Made by a program: the position numbers and the translations under genes
Part shown: positions 18,993 through 27,599 of the stretch, piece after piece
Position numbering within the stretch: position 1 is the first letter of the stretch
Layout: every line of letters starts with the position of its first letter
Notes under the pieces: model-generated
Database searches by the model: none
What the model was told of the DNA's origin: nothing
The model's input: the letters and a program-made list of their open reading frames with translations, nothing else
From: Acidimicrobiia bacterium
GTDB lineage: Bacteria > Actinomycetota > Acidimicrobiia > Acidimicrobiales > Aldehydirespiratoraceae
Reading direction: 5' to 3'
Length of the DNA: 64,000 nt
Assembly (NCBI GenBank): GCA_024421085.1
Contig: JAHQYN010000005.1
Span: 2,368-66,367, forward strand

Positions 18993-20672
18993 GTGTCGGC
19001 ACCGAAACGAAACGGGTCCTTGCTGGTCGCTCTGGGGATCGGCATTTCACGGGTGTCGGGCCTGCTGCGCGAACTGGTGGCGGGCCGGGTGTTCGGCCTC
19101 GGCCTCGCCGCCGACGCCTTCTCCGCCGCTTCGCAGATCCCCAACCTGCTGCAGAACCTGCTCGGCGAGGGGGTGCTCTCGGCATCGTTCGTGCCCGTCT
19201 ACAGCAAGCTCCTCGACGACGAGGACCCCGAGGAGTCCAGCCGGGTCGCCGGGGCGGTCGGGGCGCTGCTTTTGGCGGTCACCGGCGTCTGCGTGGGGGT
19301 CTTCGTGCTCGCCGCCCGACCGATCACATCGGTGCTGGCATTCGGCCTCAGCGGCGAGAAGTTCGAGATCGTTGTCGACCTGGTCCGGATCATGGCCCTG
19401 GGTATGGGGTTCCTGGTCATGTCGGCGTGGTGCCTCGGGGTGCTCAACAGCCATCGTCGCTTCTTTCTCCCCTACGCGGCGCCGGTCATCTGGAACGCCT
19501 GCCAGATCATCGCCCTCTACCTGATGTGGGCCCGCGACTGGGACTTGGTAGACGCCGCGAGGGGCCTGGCACTGGCGGTCACCGTCGGTGGCCTGCTGCA
19601 ACTGCTGATCCAATTGCCGACCGTGCTGCGCCTGGCCTCCGGCATCCGCTTGCGGCCCGACAGGCGGGACCCCTCGGTGCGGGAGATCCAGCGACGCTTC
19701 GTGCCCGCGCTGCTCGGGCGCGGCGTCGTGCAGTTGTCGGCCTACCTCGACCTGATGCTGGCCACCCTGCTGGCGACCGGCGCGATCGCCGCGTTGATCA
19801 AGGCGCAACTGTTGTACACGCTCCCGGTGAGCCTCTTCGCGATGAGTGTGGCTGCAGCGGAGCTCCCGGAGCTGTCACGGCTCGTCGGCGACCCGCTGAG
19901 ACTGGCGTCGCGCTCCGAGCGGGGGTTACGACGGATCGCCTTCTGGATGCTCATGGCATCGATGGTGTCGATAGTGGCCGGTGACCTGATAATCCGGGTT
20001 CTGTTCGAAGGCGGCGAATTCAACCACACCGACGCGATCCTGGTGTGGCTGGTGCTCGGCGCCTACGCGGTCGGACTGCCGGCCGTCGGCACCAGTCGGT
20101 TGCTCCAGAACACCTGCTACGCCGTCGGCGACACCCGCGGGCCGGCTCGCATTGCCGGACTTCGAGTGGCCGTCTCAGCGGCCGTTGCGCTGCTCATCAT
20201 GTTCTCGCTGGACCGCGTGATCGTCACGCTGGACGGGCTGACCACCAGCGGAGGCTGGATCTCGTCGGCGCCGTTGGCCGAGAGCGTGCGGGCGGTCGAG
20301 GGTCCTGTCCGCCTCGGAGCGGTCGGCCTGTCCACCGCTTCTGCGGTCGGCGCCTGGGTCGAACTGCTGGCCCTGTCGGTTCGGTCCCGCCGCCACCTGC
20401 CAGCCATGACCAACCCGGTGCGCACACTGGGGCGGCCAGCGGCAGCCGCGGCCGGAGCCCTCGTGCTCGCTGGCACGACCAGGCTGGCACTCCCAGACAT
20501 TCCGATGCTCCCCGACATTCGGTATCTCCCGGACCTTTCGCTGCTGTTCACCGCTGGGGCGGTCGTCGGCGTGGCGGTCGTCGGCTACGTGGCCATCGCC
20601 TCCCGCATCGGCGTGGAGGAAACCCGGCTGCTGTCGGACCCGGTCCGTAAGGCGTTCTCGCGCTCACGCTGA
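18993..20672 (+). CDS. murJ: Lipid II flippase MurJ
   Basis: SRVSGLLRE, ADAFSAA..IPNLL..LLGEGVLSASFVP, multi-TM. Confidence 0.92.
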   Translation: MSAPKRNGSLLVALGIGISRVSGLLRELVAGRVFGLGLAADAFSAASQIPNLLQNLLGEGVLSASFVPVYSKLLDDEDPEESSRVAGAVGALLLAVTGVCVGVFVLAARPITSVLAFGLSGEKFEIVVDLVRIMALGMGFLVMSAWCLGVLNSHRRFFLPYAAPVIWNACQIIALYLMWARDWDLVDAARGLALAVTVGGLLQLLIQLPTVLRLASGIRLRPDRRDPSVREIQRRFVPALLGRGVVQLSAYLDLMLATLLATGAIAALIKAQLLYTLPVSLFAMSVAAAELPELSRLVGDPLRLASRSERGLRRIAFWMLMASMVSIVAGDLIIRVLFEGGEFNHTDAILVWLVLGAYAVGLPAVGTSRLLQNTCYAVGDTRGPARIAGLRVAVSAAVALLIMFSLDRVIVTLDGLTTSGGWISSAPLAESVRAVEGPVRLGAVGLSTASAVGAWVELLALSVRSRRHLPAMTNPVRTLGRPAAAAAGALVLAGTTRLALPDIPMLPDIRYLPDLSLLFTAGAVVGVAVVGYVAIASRIGVEETRLLSDPVRKAFSRSR

Positions 20673-20704
20673 CCAGTGGCACCGCCAGCCACTACGATTG
20701 AACC

Positions 20705-21481
20705 ATGCTCCAGTACCTGAAGAAGCGTTGGAACTACCTGATCACCAGATCGAACCAGAGATTCGAGGAGTCAGCGGACCCCAAGGTCCAGTTGGAACAG
20801 GCCATCAGCGAGGCCAAGGACCAACACAACCGGCTCCGCGGGCAAGCGGCCAACGTCATCGCCAACCAGAAACAGACTGAGCTTCGGCTCAACCGCGCCA
20901 TCGAGGAACTCGAGCGCTACAGCGGCAACGCTCGCCAGGCCGTCAAGATGGCCGACGAAGCCACCCGCTCCGGCCACGCCGAGAACCTCGAGCGTTACAC
21001 CGACGCTGCCGAGCATTTCGCCAACCGGATCGTGATCCTCGAAGAGGAGATCGAGAGCCTCAAGGGTCTGTACTTCCAAGCCTCCGAGGCCGCTGACCAG
21101 GCCAAGGCCGCGGTCGAGCAGAACGCCGGACTGCTGCAGAAGAAGCTCGGGCAGCGGCAGGCACTGCTGAGCCAACTCGACCAGGCCAAGATGCAGGAGA
21201 CCGTCAACTCCGCCATGAGCACCCTGTCAGAGGCGGTCGGCGAGGACGTCCCGACCTTCGACCAGGTACGCGACAAGATCGAGGCCCGCTACGCACGGGC
21301 CAAGGCCGCCGCCGAGCTCACCGAGGGCAGCGTCGAGACACAGGTGTACGAAGTCGAGAAGGCCGCTCGGAGGTTCGAGGCGCAGTCACGGCTCGAGACG
21401 ATCCGTTCCAACCTCGGAATCGAGGCCCCCGACGCCGCACAGGCGATCACCGAGACCAGCAGCGATCCAAGCACTCCCTGA
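20705..21481 (+). CDS. pspA: PspA/IM30 family protein
   Basis: ADPKVQLEQAI, LLSQLDQAKMQE, PTFDQVRDKIEARYA; coiled coil. Confidence 0.9.
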   Translation: MLQYLKKRWNYLITRSNQRFEESADPKVQLEQAISEAKDQHNRLRGQAANVIANQKQTELRLNRAIEELERYSGNARQAVKMADEATRSGHAENLERYTDAAEHFANRIVILEEEIESLKGLYFQASEAADQAKAAVEQNAGLLQKKLGQRQALLSQLDQAKMQETVNSAMSTLSEAVGEDVPTFDQVRDKIEARYARAKAAAELTEGSVETQVYEVEKAARRFEAQSRLETIRSNLGIEAPDAAQAITETSSDPSTP

Positions 21482-21495
21482 GGGACCAGCCAGGT

Positions 21496-21658
21496 AGGCA
21501 CCGACACCAGCCAGACGGGCATCGAAACCGGTCAAGCAGGGACCGTCACCAGACCGGCGGGCACCGTCACCAGACCGGCGGGCACCGTCACCAACCAGGG
21601 CAGGCACCGACACCAGCCAGACGGGCACCGAAACCGGTCAAGCGGGCACCGTCACCAG
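21496..21658. repeat. Nested duplication of the proB 3' end
   Basis: 57-bp unit at 21496-21552 and 21602-21658, with two 21-bp ACCGGCGGGCACCGTCACCA units between. Confidence 0.85.
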
Positions 21659-22744
21659 GTCGTCGGCGTGGACGACCAGATGCAGCGCAGGTGCGGGCAG
21701 ATCCTCGCTGCGGCGGCCCGCAACCGCGCGCAGGTCGTCCGAACCGTGACGGGTCAACCCCTTGGCGAAGACCACCGCATCGTCGTCGACCACCTCGACC
21801 GGAGCTCCCGCGGCGAACGAACCGTCGACGCCGCGCACCCCCGCCGCCAGCAGCGACTTGCCCCGTTCGAGGGCTTTGCGAGCTCCCGCGTCGACGGTGA
21901 TGGTCCCCTGTGCGCCGACCGCGAAGGCGATCCACAGCTTCCTCGCGGGCAGTCGGCTCTGGCGGGCGCGCACCATCGTGCCGCTGCCGGCCACACCGTT
22001 CACTGCGTCGCGCAGCACCGATTCACGGTCCGCGTCCGCGATCACCGACGACACGCCCGACCAGGCTGCGATCTTCGCCGCGTTGAGCTTCGAGGCCATG
22101 CCGCCGCTCCCCCGAGCGGACCCGGCGCCACCGACGAGCGCCTCGGTCTGATTGTCTGTGCCCACGATCTCAGAGATCAGCGAGGCGTCAGGGTTGATGC
22201 GCGGATCTGCGGTGAGCACACCGGCCGTGTCTGTCAGCAGAACCAGGCGGTCGGCGTCGACCAGGTTGGCGACCAGGGCCGCTATCCGGTCGTTGTCGCC
22301 GAAGCGGATCTCGTCATCGGCGATGGCGTCGTTCTCATTGACCACCGGCACGACACCGAGCTCGAGCAGGCGCTCAAGAGTCTGTCGGGCATGCAGGTAC
22401 TGGGAGCGCACGATGAAGTCGAGCGGAATCAGCAGAACCTGGCCCGCGATCAGGCCGTGTGATGCGAACTCCTCACGGTAGACCGCCATCAGCGCACTCT
22501 GTCCGACCGTGGCCACCGCCTGCAGTGTGCGGACGTCTCTGGGCCGCTTGGCGCCGCCCAGACCCAGCTCGGGCAGACCCGCGGCAATAGCGCCTGAGGT
22601 CACCACCACGATCTGGTATCCGTCGGCGCGCAGCTCGGCGACTTCGGCGCACAGCTTGGCGACACGCGACCGCTGCACCGCCCCGTCGTCGTCGGTGATG
22701 GACGAGGTCCCGATCTTCACCACGACCGTGCTGTTGGTGCTCAT
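21638..22744 (-). CDS. proB: Glutamate 5-kinase
   Basis: VVKIGTSS, VNENDA, FGDND, GSGGMASK, C-terminal PUA domain. Confidence 0.96.
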   Translation of the reverse strand: MSTNSTVVVKIGTSSITDDDGAVQRSRVAKLCAEVAELRADGYQIVVVTSGAIAAGLPELGLGGAKRPRDVRTLQAVATVGQSALMAVYREEFASHGLIAGQVLLIPLDFIVRSQYLHARQTLERLLELGVVPVVNENDAIADDEIRFGDNDRIAALVANLVDADRLVLLTDTAGVLTADPRINPDASLISEIVGTDNQTEALVGGAGSARGSGGMASKLNAAKIAAWSGVSSVIADADRESVLRDAVNGVAGSGTMVRARQSRLPARKLWIAFAVGAQGTITVDAGARKALERGKSLLAAGVRGVDGSFAAGAPVEVVDDDAVVFAKGLTRHGSDDLRAVAGRRSEDLPAPALHLVVHADDLVTVPA

Positions 22745-23982
22745 GTGTCCTCTTCGTACTCGAAACTGAACTCTCCGATGCGAACCTCGTCACCAGTCTT
22801 CAGCCCGGCCCGCGCCAACGCCGTGTCTACCCCGAGCTGTTGCAACCGCTCGGTCGCATATGCCAGCGCCTGGTCGTCAGTCAGGTCACTGAGAGCGACC
22901 GCCCTCCGAGCGGCACGGCCCAGCACCTCCCAGGACCCGTCGTCATGGCGCCGAAGCTGAATCTCCGCGGGCAGCGGGCGATGGATCACCGACAGGACCG
23001 ACTCGACCTGCTGGGCGCGGCTCTCGCCGACCAGTCGCACCAGCTCCCCGATCAACTTGTTGATCCCCTCACCGGTGACTGAGGAGACCACGGCGCCGTC
23101 GAAGGAGTGGCCCGGGGCCATGTCGGCGCGGCTCCCGACCACCAGGCGCGGCCGGTTCAACAGGTCAGCCTGATAGGAGCCGAGTTCGTTTAGCAGCACC
23201 TGCAACTGCTCGTGCGGCGCGACTCCGTCCCACGGCGCCAGGTCGACGAGCACCAACAACACCTGCGCCCGCTCGACATGGCGAAGGAACTGGTACCCCA
23301 GCCCCCGGCCCCGGCTCGCACCTTCGATCAGCCCCGGAATGTCGGCCACGACCATCTCGAAACCGTCGTCAGTGCGCACGACTCCGAGGTTCGGCTCAAG
23401 GGTCGTGAACGGATAGTCGGCGATCTTCGGCTTGGCTGCCGAGATGCGGCTGATCAGCGTCGACTTGCCGACATTGGGGAAGCCGACGATCGCCACGTCG
23501 GCGAGAAGCTTGAGCTCGAGCCGCAACCAGCGCTGCTCGCCGTGCTCGCCCTGCTCCGCGAACGCCGGCGCCCGGCGCCGGTTCGACAGGAAGCGGGCGT
23601 TGCCCCGGCCGCCCTCCCCGGCCTGCGCGGCGAGCCAACGATCACCGTTGTTGACGAGATCGGCCAGCGGTTCGCGCGTCTCGTGGTCGACCACGACCGT
23701 TCCCATCGGCACCGCCACCTCCAGATCCTTGCCCCGCGCGCCGTGACGTTTGGATCCACCACCGTGTCTGCCGTTGTGCGCCCGGCGATGGGGGTGGTCG
23801 CGGAAAGCCAGCAGCGAAGCGACGTTGCGGTCCGCTACCAGCCACACCGATCCGCCGTCGCCGCCGTCGCCGCCGTCGGGCCCGCCTTTCGACACATGCG
23901 CTTCACGCCGGAACGCAACGCAGCCAGCGCCGCCGTCGCCAGCGGTGACATGAAGGTTGCATTCGTCGCTGAAAGTGCTCAC
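22741..23982 (-). CDS. obgE: GTPase ObgE/CgtA
   Basis: GGPDGGDGG, GFPNVGKST, ADYPFTTLEPNLG, DIPGLIEGAS. Confidence 0.97.
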   Translation of the reverse strand: MSTFSDECNLHVTAGDGGAGCVAFRREAHVSKGGPDGGDGGDGGSVWLVADRNVASLLAFRDHPHRRAHNGRHGGGSKRHGARGKDLEVAVPMGTVVVDHETREPLADLVNNGDRWLAAQAGEGGRGNARFLSNRRRAPAFAEQGEHGEQRWLRLELKLLADVAIVGFPNVGKSTLISRISAAKPKIADYPFTTLEPNLGVVRTDDGFEMVVADIPGLIEGASRGRGLGYQFLRHVERAQVLLVLVDLAPWDGVAPHEQLQVLLNELGSYQADLLNRPRLVVGSRADMAPGHSFDGAVVSSVTGEGINKLIGELVRLVGESRAQQVESVLSVIHRPLPAEIQLRRHDDGSWEVLGRAARRAVALSDLTDDQALAYATERLQQLGVDTALARAGLKTGDEVRIGEFSFEYEEDT

Positions 23983-24047
23983 CCCGCCAGCGTAGGGCAC
24001 GACTCAGAGACAGACGCGTCCGCCGAACCACCAGCGGGGGCGGCGGG

Positions 24048-24299
24048 TCAGGCTGGGATCACGTCAACAAGTTTGCGGCCGCGGCGGCGACCGAACTTGA
24101 CCGTGCCGTCGGAGGTGGCGAACAGAGTGTCGTCACCGCCGCGCATCACGTTGTTGCCCGGGTGGAACTTGGTGCCGCGCTGACGAACAATGATCGCACC
24201 GGCCAGAACCTGGCCACCGTCATAAACCTTGACACCCAGTCGCTGAGCGTTGGAATCGCGGCCGTTGCGGGTGGAACCGCCGCCTTTGGTCTTGGACAT
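24048..24299 (-). CDS. rpmA: 50S ribosomal protein L27
   Basis: [30 protein letters not shown]. Confidence 0.98.
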   Translation of the reverse strand: MSKTKGGGSTRNGRDSNAQRLGVKVYDGGQVLAGAIIVRQRGTKFHPGNNVMRGGDDTLFATSDGTVKFGRRRGRKLVDVIPA

Positions 24300-24305
24300 T
24301 GTAAA

Positions 24306-24614
24306 TCAACCCCTGGATATCTCGGTGATCTCGATGAGGGCCTGAGTCTGACGATGCCCCCAGCGCCTGCGATTGTTGGACTTGCTCTTGTAGAGGAAAC
24401 CGTTGATCTTCGGGCCCCTGCGCTCCTCAACGACCCGCGCCGTCACCGACGCGCCCCGCAGCTGATCGGGAGTGGCCAGGACGGTGTCGCCGTCGACGAG
24501 CATCACCGGCGCCAGTTCGACTTCAGAGCCCGGCTCGCCCAGCCGGTCCACCGAGATGGTCTGGCCCTGCTCGACGCGGTACTGCTTGCCGCCGGTCTTC
24601 ACTACTGCGTACAT
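24306..24614 (-). CDS. rplU: 50S ribosomal protein L21
   Basis: MYAVVKTGGKQYRV...GHRQ. Confidence 0.98.
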   Translation of the reverse strand: MYAVVKTGGKQYRVEQGQTISVDRLGEPGSEVELAPVMLVDGDTVLATPDQLRGASVTARVVEERRGPKINGFLYKSKSNNRRRWGHRQTQALIEITEISRG

Positions 24615-24638
24615 AGGTTCACGATTCTAACGGGCCCG

Positions 24639-26828
24639 TCAGCCGATCAGACCCTCGATCAACACATGGCCGTCACCCTCACAGGTCTCGCAAAGGTCAG
24701 ACACCGACTCCAGCAGGCCCTCGCCGATCCGCTTGCGGGTCATCTCGACCAATCCGAGGCCCGAGATGTCGAACACCTGCGTGCGGGTCTTGTCACGAGC
24801 CAACGCCGCGCGGAACACCTTCATCACCTCGGCACGGTTCCTGGCGATCTCCATGTCGACGAAATCGATCACGATGATCCCGCCGATGTCACGCAGCCGC
24901 AGTTGATTGGCGACCTCCTCAGCGGCTTCGAGGTTGTTGCGGAAGACCGTCTCCTCAAGGCTCGACTTGCCGACGTTCTTGCCGGTGTTGACATCGATCA
25001 CGGTGAGGGCCTCGGTGGCCTCGATGATCAACGAACCGCCCGACGGCAGCCAGACCTTGCGGTCGAGCGCCTTGCGCAACTGCTCCTGCACGTGATGGCG
25101 CTCGAACAGCGGCAGCTTCGCGGCCTTCGGGTCGTAGTACTCGACGCGTTCCGCCAGTCCCGGCGTGATGCTCGAAACGTACGCCCTCACCTCGTCGCAG
25201 AGTTCACGGTTGTCGATGACGATCCCGCGGAAGTCCTTGGTGAACTCCTCGCGGATTATCCGCACCGCGGCCTCGGGCTCGCGGTAGACGAGCGCAGGCG
25301 CTCTCGTCTTCTTGGCGAGCGCCTCGATCTCGTTCCACTGGGTGACGAGACGGGAGACGTCGCGCTCGATCTCCGCGGCCGTGACCTTCTCGGCCGCGGT
25401 GCGGACGATCACGCCGTGCTGTTTGGGTTTCGCCTTGTCGAGGATGTTGCGGAGCCTGGTCCGTTCGGTGTCGGGCAGGCGTCTGGAGATGCCGTAGGTG
25501 GAGGTGTTGGGCACCAGCACCACGAAGCGGCCGGGAAGCGACACCTCCTGGGTGAGGCGCGCCCCCTTGTGAGCGATCGGGTTCTTGGTCACCTGGCAGA
25601 TGATTGTCTGGCGGGCCTTCAGCAACTGCTCGATGCGAGGCTGCTCGGTGGGCTTGCTGTCGAGGTCGTCCCGGTCGTACTGGACATCGCCGCGGTACAG
25701 CACCGCATTCTTGGGGGTGCCGATGTCGATGAAGGCCGCCTCCATGCCCGGAAGCACGTTCTGCACCCGGCCGACATAGATGTTGCCGTGAATCTGGCTG
25801 ATGTCGTCGGCTGGACGAGACACCTGATGCTCGACCAGCTTGCGCCCTTCGAGTGTTGCTATCTGCGTCGCCTTGTCACCCACTGACACGCACATCAGGT
25901 AGCGGCCGACCGCCTGCCCCTTGCGGGTTTTGCCGCGCCGCTGTTTGAGCGTCTTCTCATCAAGTTCGACTGCATCGTCGATGACCGACTCGACCGGACG
26001 ATGGGACCGCTGGCCGCGACCCTGACGACCCTGGGCGCCTCCGGCCCTGTTGCGGGCATCTCCTTGGGGCTGGTCAGGAGCGGACCCCCGGCCACGGCCC
26101 CGTCCGCCGCGCCTGCGGCGCCGAAGCTTCGATCCTCCCCCACCCTGGCCGCGGCCCTGGTTCTCCTGCTGCTCTTGACCCTGGGAGTCCTGCTGCTTCG
26201 GGCCCTGGTTCGAAGACCCTGACCGCCCAGAACCCTTGCTTTCGGAACCGCCGCCGCCACTGCCGCCGCGCCCGTCCTTGGGCTTGGCGTTCGAGGCGCC
26301 ACGACCCGAGGGCCCGGCGCTGCCGTCGCCCGAAGCACCACGACCCGAGGGCCCGGCACTGCCACCGCCCGAAGCACCACGACCCGAGGGCCCGGCAGTG
26401 CCACCGCTCGAAGCACCACGACCCGAGGGCCCGGCACTGCCACCGCCCGAAGCACCACGACCCGAGGGCCCGGCACTGCCACCGCCCGAAGCACCACGAC
26501 CCGAGGGCCCGGCAGTGCCACCGCCCGAAGCACCACGACCCGAGGGCCCGGCACTGCCACCGCCCGAAGCACCACGACCCGAGGGCCCGGCACTGCCACC
26601 GCTCGGAGGCGCCGGTCGGGTGTCTCCTATGCGCGGGGCCCGATTCGGAGTCGGCGCCGGGCGAGAATCACCAATTTTCGGTTTCCGGGCACCCTTGGGT
26701 TGAGATCTGCCGGGCGGTCGAGGATTGCCGGGCGGGTGAGATTTGCCGGGGTTTTGAGATTTGGCAGTGGACTGAGTTTTGGGAGCAGGCGCGGATGCGT
26801 CGCTGTTGTCGGCCTGTGATTTGGCCAT
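24639..26828 (-). CDS. rne: Ribonuclease E/G with long disordered N-terminal extension
   Basis: GNIYVGRVQNVLPGMEAAFIDIG, IDVNTGK, RLRDIGGIIVIDFVDM, CETCEG. Confidence 0.95.
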   Translation of the reverse strand: MAKSQADNSDASAPAPKTQSTAKSQNPGKSHPPGNPRPPGRSQPKGARKPKIGDSRPAPTPNRAPRIGDTRPAPPSGGSAGPSGRGASGGGSAGPSGRGASGGGTAGPSGRGASGGGSAGPSGRGASGGGSAGPSGRGASSGGTAGPSGRGASGGGSAGPSGRGASGDGSAGPSGRGASNAKPKDGRGGSGGGGSESKGSGRSGSSNQGPKQQDSQGQEQQENQGRGQGGGGSKLRRRRRGGRGRGRGSAPDQPQGDARNRAGGAQGRQGRGQRSHRPVESVIDDAVELDEKTLKQRRGKTRKGQAVGRYLMCVSVGDKATQIATLEGRKLVEHQVSRPADDISQIHGNIYVGRVQNVLPGMEAAFIDIGTPKNAVLYRGDVQYDRDDLDSKPTEQPRIEQLLKARQTIICQVTKNPIAHKGARLTQEVSLPGRFVVLVPNTSTYGISRRLPDTERTRLRNILDKAKPKQHGVIVRTAAEKVTAAEIERDVSRLVTQWNEIEALAKKTRAPALVYREPEAAVRIIREEFTKDFRGIVIDNRELCDEVRAYVSSITPGLAERVEYYDPKAAKLPLFERHHVQEQLRKALDRKVWLPSGGSLIIEATEALTVIDVNTGKNVGKSSLEETVFRNNLEAAEEVANQLRLRDIGGIIVIDFVDMEIARNRAEVMKVFRAALARDKTRTQVFDISGLGLVEMTRKRIGEGLLESVSDLCETCEGDGHVLIEGLIG
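26292..26603 (-). repeat. 39-bp x 8 coding tandem repeat (SGGGSAGPSGRGA) in RNase E
   Basis: CGAAGCACCACGACCCGAGGGCCCGGCACTGCCACCGCC units starting 26292, 26331 ... 26565. Confidence 0.95.
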
Positions 26829-26867
26829 AGTTTCTTTCCTTCGTTGATGACACCGGGGAACAGGCGA

Positions 26868-27599
26868 TCATGTCGCCCCCACCGGTGTGGACGAGGCAGC
26901 GTCCAGCGGACTGCTGCGCTGCCGGTCGTCGGTTTCGTTCATTGTCCATTGGTGAAGCCTCAGCACCCGGTGCTCGATCAGCGGCGGATCAAGGGCGCCC
27001 AAGAGTTCAGACACTCGCAGAGCACGCGGTTGGGTGGCGAGTTCAGCGATGAGCCGCACCCCGCCACCGTTCGCTTGTTCAGCTTCGATAGGCCCTTCAA
27101 CATCGAGACTCAGCACGCCGGGGCGCAGGTCGTCCACGACCTTGCGACCCTTGCGTTCTCTGGTTGCGACGAGACTCTCTGCGGCGAGCGCTCGAGCCAC
27201 GGCGCTGGCCACGGTATCGGCGTCGATGTCGACGACATCGATCTGCCAGGTGCAACTCGTGACTGCCTGCTGCAACGACGCAGTCTGTCGGTCAACGGCC
27301 ACTGCAGCAGTGACTGCCATTCCTTGCGGAAGCTCATTTGTCAGTCGGGCCGGCAGATCGCCCATTTCAATTCCGTTGATTCGTTCGGGATCCAAGTCAA
27401 TGTCAAGATACTCCGCATCGGAGGAATGTCCTGTCGACAGGGCGAGACCGAATGCAATCTTGGGCCGCGGCGAGAACCCCTGGCTGTAGGCGACGGGGAG
27501 CCCGGCGCGCCGCAGCGCCCGCTGGAAGATCCGGGCCACGTCGCGATGCGAGGTGAAGCGCACCTTGCCGTGCTTGGTGAAGCAGATCCGAACCCTCAT
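26868..27599 (-). CDS. Radical SAM-associated protein (TIGR03936/DUF2344-like)
   Basis: FTKHGKVRFTSHRD, LPVAYSQGFSPRPKI, ALSTGHSSDAEY. Confidence 0.9.
   Translation of the reverse strand: MRVRICFTKHGKVRFTSHRDVARIFQRALRRAGLPVAYSQGFSPRPKIAFGLALSTGHSSDAEYLDIDLDPERINGIEMGDLPARLTNELPQGMAVTAAVAVDRQTASLQQAVTSCTWQIDVVDIDADTVASAVARALAAESLVATRERKGRKVVDDLRPGVLSLDVEGPIEAEQANGGGVRLIAELATQPRALRVSELLGALDPPLIEHRVLRLHQWTMNETDDRQRSSPLDAASSTPVGAT

Noticed and set aside
24162..25886. Long antisense ORFs (e.g. 574 aa opposite rne, 443 aa opposite the ATPase)
   Set aside because: Shadow ORFs expected from high-GC codon bias opposite well-supported genes.
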